46,076 nucleotides of DNA from Desulfuromonadales bacterium (GTDB lineage: Bacteria > Desulfobacterota > Desulfuromonadia > Desulfuromonadales > DASPGW01), in assembly GCA_035620395.1 (NCBI GenBank), contig DASPGW010000043.1:1-46076 (forward strand), read 5' to 3'. The notes beneath the pieces are model-generated. The model made no database searches and had not been told where the DNA came from. It saw only the letters and a program-made list of their open reading frames with translations. This document shows, in pieces, positions 35,406-42,166 of this stretch. A program made the translations under genes and the position numbers. Position 1 is the stretch's first letter, and every line of letters begins with the position of its first letter.

Positions 35406-35464
35406 ATGCGGAGGATCGGCGGCAGAGTTTTAGCCTGTAGAAGGAAAGCGGCATCAATTTTGCG

Positions 35465-35938
35465 CTACCATTCGATGGTGACGGTGATGACATCGCTGTA
35501 GCTGCCGACCGGGACATTCTGACCGGCCGGAATGCGGCCGAAGATAATGGCATTCCAGGGGATAGTGCGAGTGACGAGGTTGGTCTGCGTCTGGGAGCCG
35601 CCGCTGCCGTCACCCCAGACCGTGGAAAATGAGGGGGTGGTGAAAAGGTTGTAGGCCAGCGTCGAGCCTGGCCCCTGCATCCTCCGCTGGGCATAGGCTC
35701 CCGAGTTCCCCGGACTGAGGGAGATGATGACGGGAATGGGCGCGTTCGGGTTCTGGGGCGGTGCGTTACAGGTGACGGTGATGGTGGCAGTCGAATCCCG
35801 GGGAATGGCGGAGAAAACATCATAACTGCCGAAGCTGAGGCCGGTGACGTTGACATTGCAGTTGAAGGCGCCTGCCGGCAGGGCAAAGGCCAGCAGGCAG
35901 ATAGCCGTCGTGATACCGGCCGGGATCTGAATCTTCAT
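35465..35938 (-). CDS. spore-coat-U (SCPU) domain pilus subunit 3 (distal gene)
   Basis: ORF track 35465..35971. I moved the start to ATG 35938 (MKIQIPAGITTAICLLAFALPAGA, a signal peptide). A Cys pair is present (FNCNVN ... VTCNAP). The C-terminal strand is GSYSDVITVTIEW. Confidence 0.8.
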   Translation of the reverse strand: MKIQIPAGITTAICLLAFALPAGAFNCNVNVTGLSFGSYDVFSAIPRDSTATITVTCNAPPQNPNAPIPVIISLSPGNSGAYAQRRMQGPGSTLAYNLFTTPSFSTVWGDGSGGSQTQTNLVTRTIPWNAIIFGRIPAGQNVPVGSYSDVITVTIEW

Positions 35939-35986
35939 CTTACTCACCATAGTCTTGGGCCACATTGCCACGCTCCGTCAAGCATA

Positions 35987-38900
35987 TCAATTCTCTTGCA
36001 CCTTGAACAGCAGCAAGACGGCTCGCCGGTTTCGCCGCAGGCAGTCCTCACTCGTTTCCGGGCACAGGGGCCGGTGTTCACCATGACTGCTCAATTGCAA
36101 AATCCGACGAGGGGCGACTCCCGTCTCGACCAGATACTTTCGGAGGGTCTCGGCCCGGCGTTGCCCGAGGCGGTTGTTGTAGCTTTCGCTTCCCAGTCGG
36201 CAGGTGTGCCCCTCAATAGCCACTGCGACCTCAGGATGGGCCAACAGGCTGTCCGTCACTGCAGCCAGTAATGACATGTCCGCTGCAACTGGCGTGGCCC
36301 GGTCGAAAGGGAAGTGGATCGCCGCCTGGCTTTGTTCCTCGAATGGCTCGCGGACGGAATCTTCGTAGACTTTTGGTTCGGCTGGTTCGTCTGGTCCGGT
36401 GGCGTTCCCGACTTTCGCTGGCGGCTGAGAGCGGGCCGAGCTGGCCGTGTCTCGCTGATCGGCCGGAGCCGAGGCCACCGAAGGCGACGGAGTGGTGATT
36501 GTAACGGTACGCTTCGCCGAGCCAGAGGCCGAAAAAACCTGCAGAACGATTTCACCTAGTTCGGCGAACTGATCCGACACCGGGGGGATGGTCATCTCGG
36601 TCTGGAATTTGCGCCCTCCCTGCTTGACGGTAAGCGGATAAACTCCGGCAGGCAGGAATGCCCCTGGCACTTTCCCTAGCGCCTCGCATCCCTGATGGGC
36701 TTCCAGGTCGAATTCGACTTGCTGGCTGTCGAGGTAGAATTCCCCATCACTCCCCGTCCAGAAGGTGACGGGTCCCGCCTGGGTTTCGAGGCTCAGTTCG
36801 GCATAAGCAAGCGGCGCGCGCCCATCTGTATCCTCCACGTTCAGGGTGCCGGTAAAGGCCTGGTATTTCTGCAACGGGAAGTTGATGCACGAGCCGCTGC
36901 GCAAGGGTGGCGAGATATTGAGCCGGACCCGGGGCATCAGAAAGTCGAGAGGGATGTCCTTGTCTTCGATGGAGATCTGGTTTTCGTAGTAGGAAGAGAG
37001 ATCGGGGATGACCACTTTCCCTCGGCGATTGGTCCGCCCGGAGGTCTGGCCGTTGACGTACACCCCCACGCCTTCGGCATCGCCGATGCTGACCAGGGCA
37101 AAGCTGTCGGTCACCGGCCGGGTCGGGGCGACGGTGTCGCCGATCTGCACCAGGGCGCCGGCCAGGGAGAGACGCAGATCTTCAGTGGTGAGCGTCTCGC
37201 TGCGGCCCAGACTGAAGTCGCCGCGCAGGATGGCATGCCGGGCGTTGTGCTGTGCCACAGAGTTGAGCAGATAGGTCTGGCTCCCCTCCCGTTGGGTACG
37301 CTCGCCCCGCACGTTCCACCCCGTCCCTTCGCCGGCGGGGGTGTTCCGCCGGGCTTCGAGCACCTGGATGCTCGCTCCCCGCTCGCGGCGTAAGGCACCG
37401 GAAACGGAATGATCCCGGTCGAAATACCAGGTGAGATTGACACCGGCCTCATGCGTGGTTTCGTTTTCTCGTATCTGGCGAAATGTGGCGTTGACGTACG
37501 TCCTTTTCCAGAGGCGGCGCGACCAGGAGAGGGTCAGGGTTTCGCGCTCTGGTCCGTTATGGCTTTCGCTTCGGGCGAGGTCGAGGCCAAAGGAGCCAAG
37601 TTGCGGGGTCACGTAGCCGATTCCCGCGAGGATGTTGAGTTTTCTCCTGAGAGTGGTTGCGTCCATATCGCCCAGGGTCCGGAACCCGGAGGAAAAACCC
37701 TGCAAGGCCAGGCGGCCGCGAAACCGGCGGTTGTAATATTCGTAGCTGAGGAAGCCGGCGGCGCCGGAATCTTCACCACTGCGACTGCCGGCCCCTTCGA
37801 GTCGCAGCAGGCCAACGCTGCCGGTTTTCATCGCCGATTCGATGCCGAGATTGGTCAGCCCGTCTCCGGCCTCGCCGCGCAGACCGAGGTTGAGGGAATC
37901 GGTCAGCCCGTAGCGGTGGAAAGCGGAGAACGCCAGGTCGGAGTAGCTGCTGCTCTCCTGCCCGAAGTCGCGCCGCAAAAGACCCATATTGTAGCTGTAC
38001 TCATGCAGGCCCCGGCGCAGGATCTGGTCGGTGAAATAGAAGGGGGAGACAATCCGCTGTTCCCGGCCGAGAGCATCCCGGACGACCACCTCGATGGTCT
38101 GGGCGCCGCCGATGCTCTGGAAGTTGCGCAGCTCGAACTCTCCGGGAGCGAAGCGCTCGGAGCGCACCCGTACACCGTCGACGTAGAGTTCGACGTCGGA
38201 GGGGAGCGACGCCATGCCGCTGAAGTCGAACAGGGGATAGCGGATGAAGTACGGGTCGATGCGGTAGAGCTTGGAGAAGCTCAGCCCTCCCATCTGTACC
38301 CGGCTGCCCAGTTCCCCCGAAAGGGCGAAGAAATCGCCGCCGATAACCCGGCGCAGCGTCTGGCGATCATCCCAGGTCAGACTGGTATTGAGGCGGACGA
38401 AGCGGGCGTCGTCGGGCGAGTCGGAGTAGAGGGTGTCGGTGAGCAGCAGCAGATCGCGATAGCGCACGCCGAGTTCGTTGCTGAGGGTCAGCCCCTCGAA
38501 GACAAAGTCGTCGCCGCCAGCCGAGTAGTCGATGCCGTAGTTAAGGAAAATGCTGCGGTCGCGGGGATATATGACATCGGTATGCCTGGTCGGCATCAGG
38601 TTGAGGGTGGTCTTTGCAAGAAGATCAGGGGTGGCAGTGAGCTCAAGGGTAAGAGTGTTCTCATCGAAGTGGTAGGCGACCCCTTCCATTGACTTCAGAG
38701 AGAGGTAGGCCGACCCTTCAATTTCGATCTGAGCGCCGGGCAGGTGAGTGAAATCCATAGCCGCGAGGTCGGCGGTTCGAACAAGAAAATCTCCGTCTTC
38801 GCCAAGTAGAACGAAAAAATCGCCCTTTGGCTGTTGGTTTAGCGTTATTGCGGTGATTATGGGTTCGTTTGCGTAGGTCGAAAGAGGGAAAAACAGAAAC

Positions 38901-39016
38901 AAGCAAAAGACCAAACAGCAAAACGCCGCTCTGCAGGTATTGAAAGAAGTGACTCTTTTACGAAACCATAGACAAGCAGGTCTACGGGGTAAGGCACATT
39001 GCCTTGTCCACATCAA
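35987..39016 (-). CDS. fimbrial outer-membrane usher fused to a C-terminal OmpA-like domain
   Basis: The 1009-aa protein has a signal-like N-terminus and an usher-like body of about 800 aa (repeated aromatic-terminated beta-strand pattern, position between chaperone and subunit genes). A Ser/Pro/Ala linker follows. The OmpA_C motif is VAIEGHTCRLGSESYNNRLGQRRAETLRKYL (35987 to about 36370). Confidence 0.8.
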   Translation of the reverse strand: MMWTRQCALPRRPACLWFRKRVTSFNTCRAAFCCLVFCLFLFFPLSTYANEPIITAITLNQQPKGDFFVLLGEDGDFLVRTADLAAMDFTHLPGAQIEIEGSAYLSLKSMEGVAYHFDENTLTLELTATPDLLAKTTLNLMPTRHTDVIYPRDRSIFLNYGIDYSAGGDDFVFEGLTLSNELGVRYRDLLLLTDTLYSDSPDDARFVRLNTSLTWDDRQTLRRVIGGDFFALSGELGSRVQMGGLSFSKLYRIDPYFIRYPLFDFSGMASLPSDVELYVDGVRVRSERFAPGEFELRNFQSIGGAQTIEVVVRDALGREQRIVSPFYFTDQILRRGLHEYSYNMGLLRRDFGQESSSYSDLAFSAFHRYGLTDSLNLGLRGEAGDGLTNLGIESAMKTGSVGLLRLEGAGSRSGEDSGAAGFLSYEYYNRRFRGRLALQGFSSGFRTLGDMDATTLRRKLNILAGIGYVTPQLGSFGLDLARSESHNGPERETLTLSWSRRLWKRTYVNATFRQIRENETTHEAGVNLTWYFDRDHSVSGALRRERGASIQVLEARRNTPAGEGTGWNVRGERTQREGSQTYLLNSVAQHNARHAILRGDFSLGRSETLTTEDLRLSLAGALVQIGDTVAPTRPVTDSFALVSIGDAEGVGVYVNGQTSGRTNRRGKVVIPDLSSYYENQISIEDKDIPLDFLMPRVRLNISPPLRSGSCINFPLQKYQAFTGTLNVEDTDGRAPLAYAELSLETQAGPVTFWTGSDGEFYLDSQQVEFDLEAHQGCEALGKVPGAFLPAGVYPLTVKQGGRKFQTEMTIPPVSDQFAELGEIVLQVFSASGSAKRTVTITTPSPSVASAPADQRDTASSARSQPPAKVGNATGPDEPAEPKVYEDSVREPFEEQSQAAIHFPFDRATPVAADMSLLAAVTDSLLAHPEVAVAIEGHTCRLGSESYNNRLGQRRAETLRKYLVETGVAPRRILQLSSHGEHRPLCPETSEDCLRRNRRAVLLLFKVQEN

Positions 39017-39761
39017 TCTTCCCGCTCAAATGAATTCGGTCGGAAGTGACCTGTATGTCGATGTCACGGAGCTTCGTGCAAACATCTTCAGAAAGGATCG
39101 TCCCAAAGATGCGTTCAGTCCCGGCTAGAAGATACCCACCGTCCAGTTCTTGAGAAAAAATTTGAGCCCCACTTGCGTTCTTTCCTGACAGCTTTATCTT
39201 CGCGATGCGAAAATGGACATTCCCGAGGTTCCGCAGGTCAATTTTCAGAGCCCCTTGCTGGATTATCGTCTGAGCAATCGCCCCCTTGACATCTTCAACT
39301 GGAGGCTTGGAAAAAATGGGCACCCCAAAGCGTATGGCGATCGCAACAGTAGTTCCGGACCGTTCTTCAGGTGGAACCTCCTGCTTGATAAAAAGCCGGT
39401 AGGATTTTTCCATCTTCACAGCGGGGGCCTTTATCCCGACCCTGATGATTCTTTCCGCGTGTGGATCTATACTGAGAACCTTTGGGAAAAACAGGAGATC
39501 CCCGGTCTCAGTGTACTGATCTTTCCCTTCTTCGTTCTGGACCCACTCTCGAGCATCAATGCTGAAACTGATTTTCTCATCACTATCGTTGGTTATTGTG
39601 ACAACGCCGCTACGAGACCGCTGATCAAATTCAAGACGTATGGGTATGACCCGCCAGGTACCGCTGTGCGCGGCCTCATCTGGCAGGATGATCGATAGCA
39701 GCAAGGTACATACGAGCAGTTTGCAAAGGACAGAGATTATTTTTAAAGAATAGTCAAGCAT
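38982..39761 (-). CDS. periplasmic pilus chaperone (PapD/CsuC-like)
   Basis: A signal peptide is followed by WRVIPIRLEFDQRSRSGVVTITNDSDEKISF and LLFFPKVLSIDPHAERIIRVG, typical of a two-Ig-domain chaperone. The 3' end overlaps the usher start by about 35 nt. Confidence 0.85.
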   Translation of the reverse strand: MLDYSLKIISVLCKLLVCTLLLSIILPDEAAHSGTWRVIPIRLEFDQRSRSGVVTITNDSDEKISFSIDAREWVQNEEGKDQYTETGDLLFFPKVLSIDPHAERIIRVGIKAPAVKMEKSYRLFIKQEVPPEERSGTTVAIAIRFGVPIFSKPPVEDVKGAIAQTIIQQGALKIDLRNLGNVHFRIAKIKLSGKNASGAQIFSQELDGGYLLAGTERIFGTILSEDVCTKLRDIDIQVTSDRIHLSGKIDVDKAMCLTP

Positions 39762-39869
39762 GGTGGCAAGTTAACTCAGACGAAAAGGTTTTTCAACAGT
39801 GAAAACGATCTGTCGCATTTAGTGTCACATAAGCAGAGATTGTGAGGTTGGAAAGCTGAAGCGAACTGT

Positions 39870-40355
39870 TCAAGGATTAATGGTGAGGACGACGAGATCG
39901 GTGTATGTTCCAGCGTAGGCCATGCGGAAATCGTTGGCGAGAACCGTTCCGGTAATGGTCAGGGGAAGATTAGCCCCTTTGGGGACGCTGTCAGTCGCTG
40001 GTGCCACGCTGAAAGTGTATGGAAGGAAAGCCGCAGGAAACGTGCTGTGTTGCATCCGGTTGCCGTTGGCTTGGCTCTCGTGCAGACCGTCATCATCTAT
40101 AGCAAAATATGTTGCAGGGTCGTCCTTGCCGTTGCATACAAACTGGATCGTAGTCTGACGGGTCACATCCAGCGCCGGTGCTGCAAGCGGATCAAGAATA
40201 CCGAATGCCAGTTCGGCTGACTTGGTATTAAATTTACATTGGCTCTTCGAAAGGATGGTGGCAGACACCGAAACCGTTGTCGAACCAGCGAAACAGGACG
40301 TTGTCGCGCCAATCAGGGTCAGCAGAACGCAGAAAATTTTTCCGGAGTTATGCAT
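39870..40355 (-). CDS. SCPU-domain pilus subunit 2
   Basis: ORF track 39870..40373. Start at ATG 40355 (MHNSGKIFCVLLTLIGATTSCFAG). The Cys pair is SQCKFN ... FVCNGK. The C-terminal strand is GTYTDLVVLTINP. Confidence 0.8.
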   Translation of the reverse strand: MHNSGKIFCVLLTLIGATTSCFAGSTTVSVSATILSKSQCKFNTKSAELAFGILDPLAAPALDVTRQTTIQFVCNGKDDPATYFAIDDDGLHESQANGNRMQHSTFPAAFLPYTFSVAPATDSVPKGANLPLTITGTVLANDFRMAYAGTYTDLVVLTINP

Positions 40356-40385
40356 GTTAACCCTTCGCGCCATTAGAAGAATAAG

Positions 40386-40416
40386 AGAGGGAGGGGGCGT
40401 CCTCTCCCCTCCCTCT
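40386..40416 (-). promoter_or_regulatory. intercistronic 11-bp GC-rich stem-loop after the first pilin gene
   Basis: AGAGGGAGGGG (40386-40396) and CCCCTCCCTCT (40406-40416) form perfect 11-bp arms with a 9-nt loop. The element sits between the subunit-1 stop and the subunit-2 start. Confidence 0.6.
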
Positions 40417-40432
40417 GCTCAGGCCGGAAATA

Positions 40433-40876
40433 TCAGGGATTGATATCGATGGTGAAAGAGTCGGAGTAAACGTCGGCGGCTGCAACCTGATAGACGCCGT
40501 CGGCGATCCTGCCGGTGACGGTGACGTTCTGGGTGAGCCCGTTACCCAGGCCGTTAAGGGTGTAGCCGTCGATGGAGTACGCCATGTTCGTTCCAGTGAA
40601 GGCACCGGCCATCGTCTTGGCGTTCGCCTCGTTATCGAGGGTCCAGGTCGTACCGTTGGAACAGGTGAACGCGAGATTCACGGAAGCTGTCCTGTCGCCG
40701 GTACCCGCGGGGTCGATTTCCCCGAAAGCCATGTTGTAGCTAGTGGTGTCAAACGCGCAGGTCCCCAGTACCGTTGCCGATACGTTGATGGTGGCGGTAT
40801 CCGCAGCCAAAGCGTTGCCGGCCGTCAGAACGCCGACGAGAGATAGAGCCAGTGCCGCCAGTTTCATCTTCTTCAT
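40433..40876 (-). CDS. SCPU-domain pilus subunit 1 (probable major subunit)
   Basis: MKKMKLAALALSLVGVLTAGNALA is the signal peptide, with AAGGAGG SD 7 nt upstream. The Cys pair is GTCAFD ... FTCSNG. The C-terminal strand is DVYSDSFTIDINP. Confidence 0.85.
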   Translation of the reverse strand: MKKMKLAALALSLVGVLTAGNALAADTATINVSATVLGTCAFDTTSYNMAFGEIDPAGTGDRTASVNLAFTCSNGTTWTLDNEANAKTMAGAFTGTNMAYSIDGYTLNGLGNGLTQNVTVTGRIADGVYQVAAADVYSDSFTIDINP

Positions 40877-40978
40877 TGTGTTGCCTCCTTGTTCCTGCTG
40901 AGTGAATAATCAAGTGTGTTTCTACTTCCAGCCCATCTGGATGCGAACCCGGCAAACCGGTAATGCCGGAAAATCTGC

Positions 40979-41015
40979 ACAAAAAAGCGCCCATCTTCTG
41001 CCGAAGACGGGCGCT
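40979..41015 (-). terminator. intrinsic terminator forming the expression platform of riboswitch 1
   Basis: The minus-strand RNA reads GCGCCCGUCUUC-GGCA-GAAGAUGGGCGC followed by UUUUUUGUG. It lies between the aptamer and the pilin start codon. Confidence 0.8.
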
Positions 41016-41047
41016 CGAATTTGTGAAGAATACGGGTTCGCGCACCC

Positions 41048-41148
41048 GTCTCTTCGGCAACCCGGCTATCCGTGCCATCTGTTCGATGACCGAGGACCCG
41101 TGGCTTTGCGTCACCGGATTACTCCGGTTTTGCCAGTGTCGGAGACTT
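41048..41148 (-). promoter_or_regulatory. GEMM-I (c-di-GMP-I class) riboswitch aptamer, copy 1
   Basis: The minus-strand RNA is GUCUCCGACACUGGCAAAACCGGAGUAAUCCGGUGACGCAAAGCCACGGGUCCUCGGUCAUCGAACAGAUGGCACGGAUAGCCGGGUUGCCGAAGAGAC. It carries the GEMM-I hallmarks: GGCAAA(A)CC, a GNRA-capped hairpin, GACGCAAAGCC and ACGGAUAGCCGGGUU.CCGAA. Confidence 0.85.
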
Positions 41149-41167
41149 ACTCATTAAGATTTTGGTG

Positions 41168-41196
41168 AATCTAAATCGGCGTTCTGCCTTCGTCAA
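41168..41196 (-). promoter_or_regulatory. candidate sigma-70 promoter driving riboswitch 1 and the pilus operon
   Basis: On the minus strand: TTGACG (rc of 41191-41196), 17-nt spacer, TAGATT (rc of 41168-41173). The predicted start is about 10-15 nt before the aptamer. Confidence 0.55.
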
Positions 41197-41366
41197 GAGT
41201 TTATTGCAGGCGCGTGACAATTTTTTGTCTTGCGCTCAGTTGTTTCACATAGAGCAAAGGGCGTGCCATTTGGTTGGAGGGGCGAGGACATGAGGATGTT
41301 GCCCAGATAGATGCGGATTCAGGCGAATGCTCAAGCAGGCATGCATCGCCTTGTTGGGATTTGGCT

Positions 41367-41402
41367 GACTTTTTTTGTCATGCAGTGATGACAAAAAAAG
41401 TC
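41367..41402. repeat. AT-rich perfect 15-bp palindrome (hairpin)
   Basis: GACTTTTTTTGTCAT-gcagtg-ATGACAAAAAAAGTC lies 32 nt downstream of the stop of the 149-aa gene. An adjacent GTCA-N6-TGAC element follows. Confidence 0.7.
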
Positions 41403-41433
41403 ATATTTTTGACTTTCCGGAGGTTCTGATCCC

Positions 41434-41883
41434 TCAATACGCCACCGGCACCAAGGCGACCTGAAGCGGGTAGATTCCTTCGTGAACATCTGCCGGCAGC
41501 ACGATCCGCATGTCGAGCACCCGGGTAATCAGTAAGCCTGGATGCTCTCCTGCCAGCCTGACCGCATCTGTCAATCCGTTATCCGTCTGAAGCAGGATTT
41601 TTTCCGGTCCGCCACTGGCGACGTCAAAGCGGATTTCCTCTCGGATGTTGGTCTGCATCTGGATGGTGATGGACTGGGGAAGATCGATGTGTCCCCGGCG
41701 GATGTCTTCGGCTGTTACCCGGTAGCTGTTTGCCGGCTGGGTGGCGGAAAACTTGAGCCAGGGGCGAATGGTGGCCTGCACGCGTACAACCGCGCTTGCC
41801 GAAGTGGCTTGGGCCGGGACAGCCCAAGGATGGGCTGTTGCAAGTGCCAGAATCCCCGCGACTGCGAATTTCGCGACTCTCAT
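41434..41883 (-). CDS. secreted 149-aa protein of unknown function, possibly a divergent pilin-like subunit
   Basis: ORF track 41434..41922. I moved the start to ATG 41883 (MRVAKFAVAGILALATAHPWAVPAQA, a signal peptide). The protein looks beta-rich. The C-terminal EGIYPLQVALVPVAY resembles the G-x-Y-x-x-x-hydrophobic C-terminal strand of the three SCPU subunits. It has no Cys pair. Confidence 0.7.
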   Translation of the reverse strand: MRVAKFAVAGILALATAHPWAVPAQATSASAVVRVQATIRPWLKFSATQPANSYRVTAEDIRRGHIDLPQSITIQMQTNIREEIRFDVASGGPEKILLQTDNGLTDAVRLAGEHPGLLITRVLDMRIVLPADVHEGIYPLQVALVPVAY

Positions 41884-41891
41884 GGCGTTCA

Positions 41892-41997
41892 CTCCCTTCG
41901 GGAACCCGGCTATCCGTCCCACCTTCGCTGAGGCTTCGGTGGGCGAGGACCCGTGGCTTTGCGTCGCCGGATTTCTCCGGGTTTGCCGTTATCGGTG
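41892..41997 (-). promoter_or_regulatory. GEMM-I riboswitch aptamer, copy 2 (abuts the SD and start codon)
   Basis: The minus-strand RNA is CACUUCACCGAUAACGGCAAACCCGGAGAAAUCCGGCGACGCAAAGCCACGGGUCCUCGCCCACCGAAGCCUCAGCGAAGGUGGGACGGAUAGCCGGGUUCCCGAAGGGAGUGAACGCCAUG. The GGGAG SD lies inside the 3' closing region of the aptamer. Confidence 0.85.
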
Positions 41998-42082
41998 AAG
42001 TGTGAAGTGACGTTTGTTCTGATCAGTTGTAATTGTGATGGTCGTTTTCCGGTTCCGCTAATCCTCCTTGTCAGTGAATGCC

Positions 42083-42122
42083 CACCAAACACAAATGCCT
42101 ATCTTCATGTCCGAAGATAGGC
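42083..42122 (-). terminator. intrinsic terminator forming the expression platform of riboswitch 3
   Basis: The minus-strand RNA reads GCCUAUCUUC-GGACAU-GAAGAUAGGC followed by AUUUGUGUUUGG. Confidence 0.7.
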
Positions 42123-42166
42123 ACAGGCGCCAGCCCGGAAGTTTCCAGGCGCAACAAATGTCTGGC

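Noticed and set aside
42063-42069. A strong SD-like AAGGAGG on the minus strand lies between the riboswitch-3 terminator and aptamer 2.
   Set aside because: No ATG, GTG or TTG lies 4-12 nt downstream (AUUAGCGGAACC…). It is therefore not a translation start. It may take part in leader RNA folding, but I could not find a convincing partner.
41910-42092. A 60-aa ORF (GTG start) spans riboswitch copy 2. Similar short ORFs (42185..42397, 40749..41114, 41741..41998) lie over the other aptamers.
   Set aside because: The products are highly basic, low-complexity peptides. The reading frames are by-products of the conserved RNA sequence, with the same peptide fragments (GKPGEIRRRK.TGPRPPK) recurring wherever the aptamer recurs.
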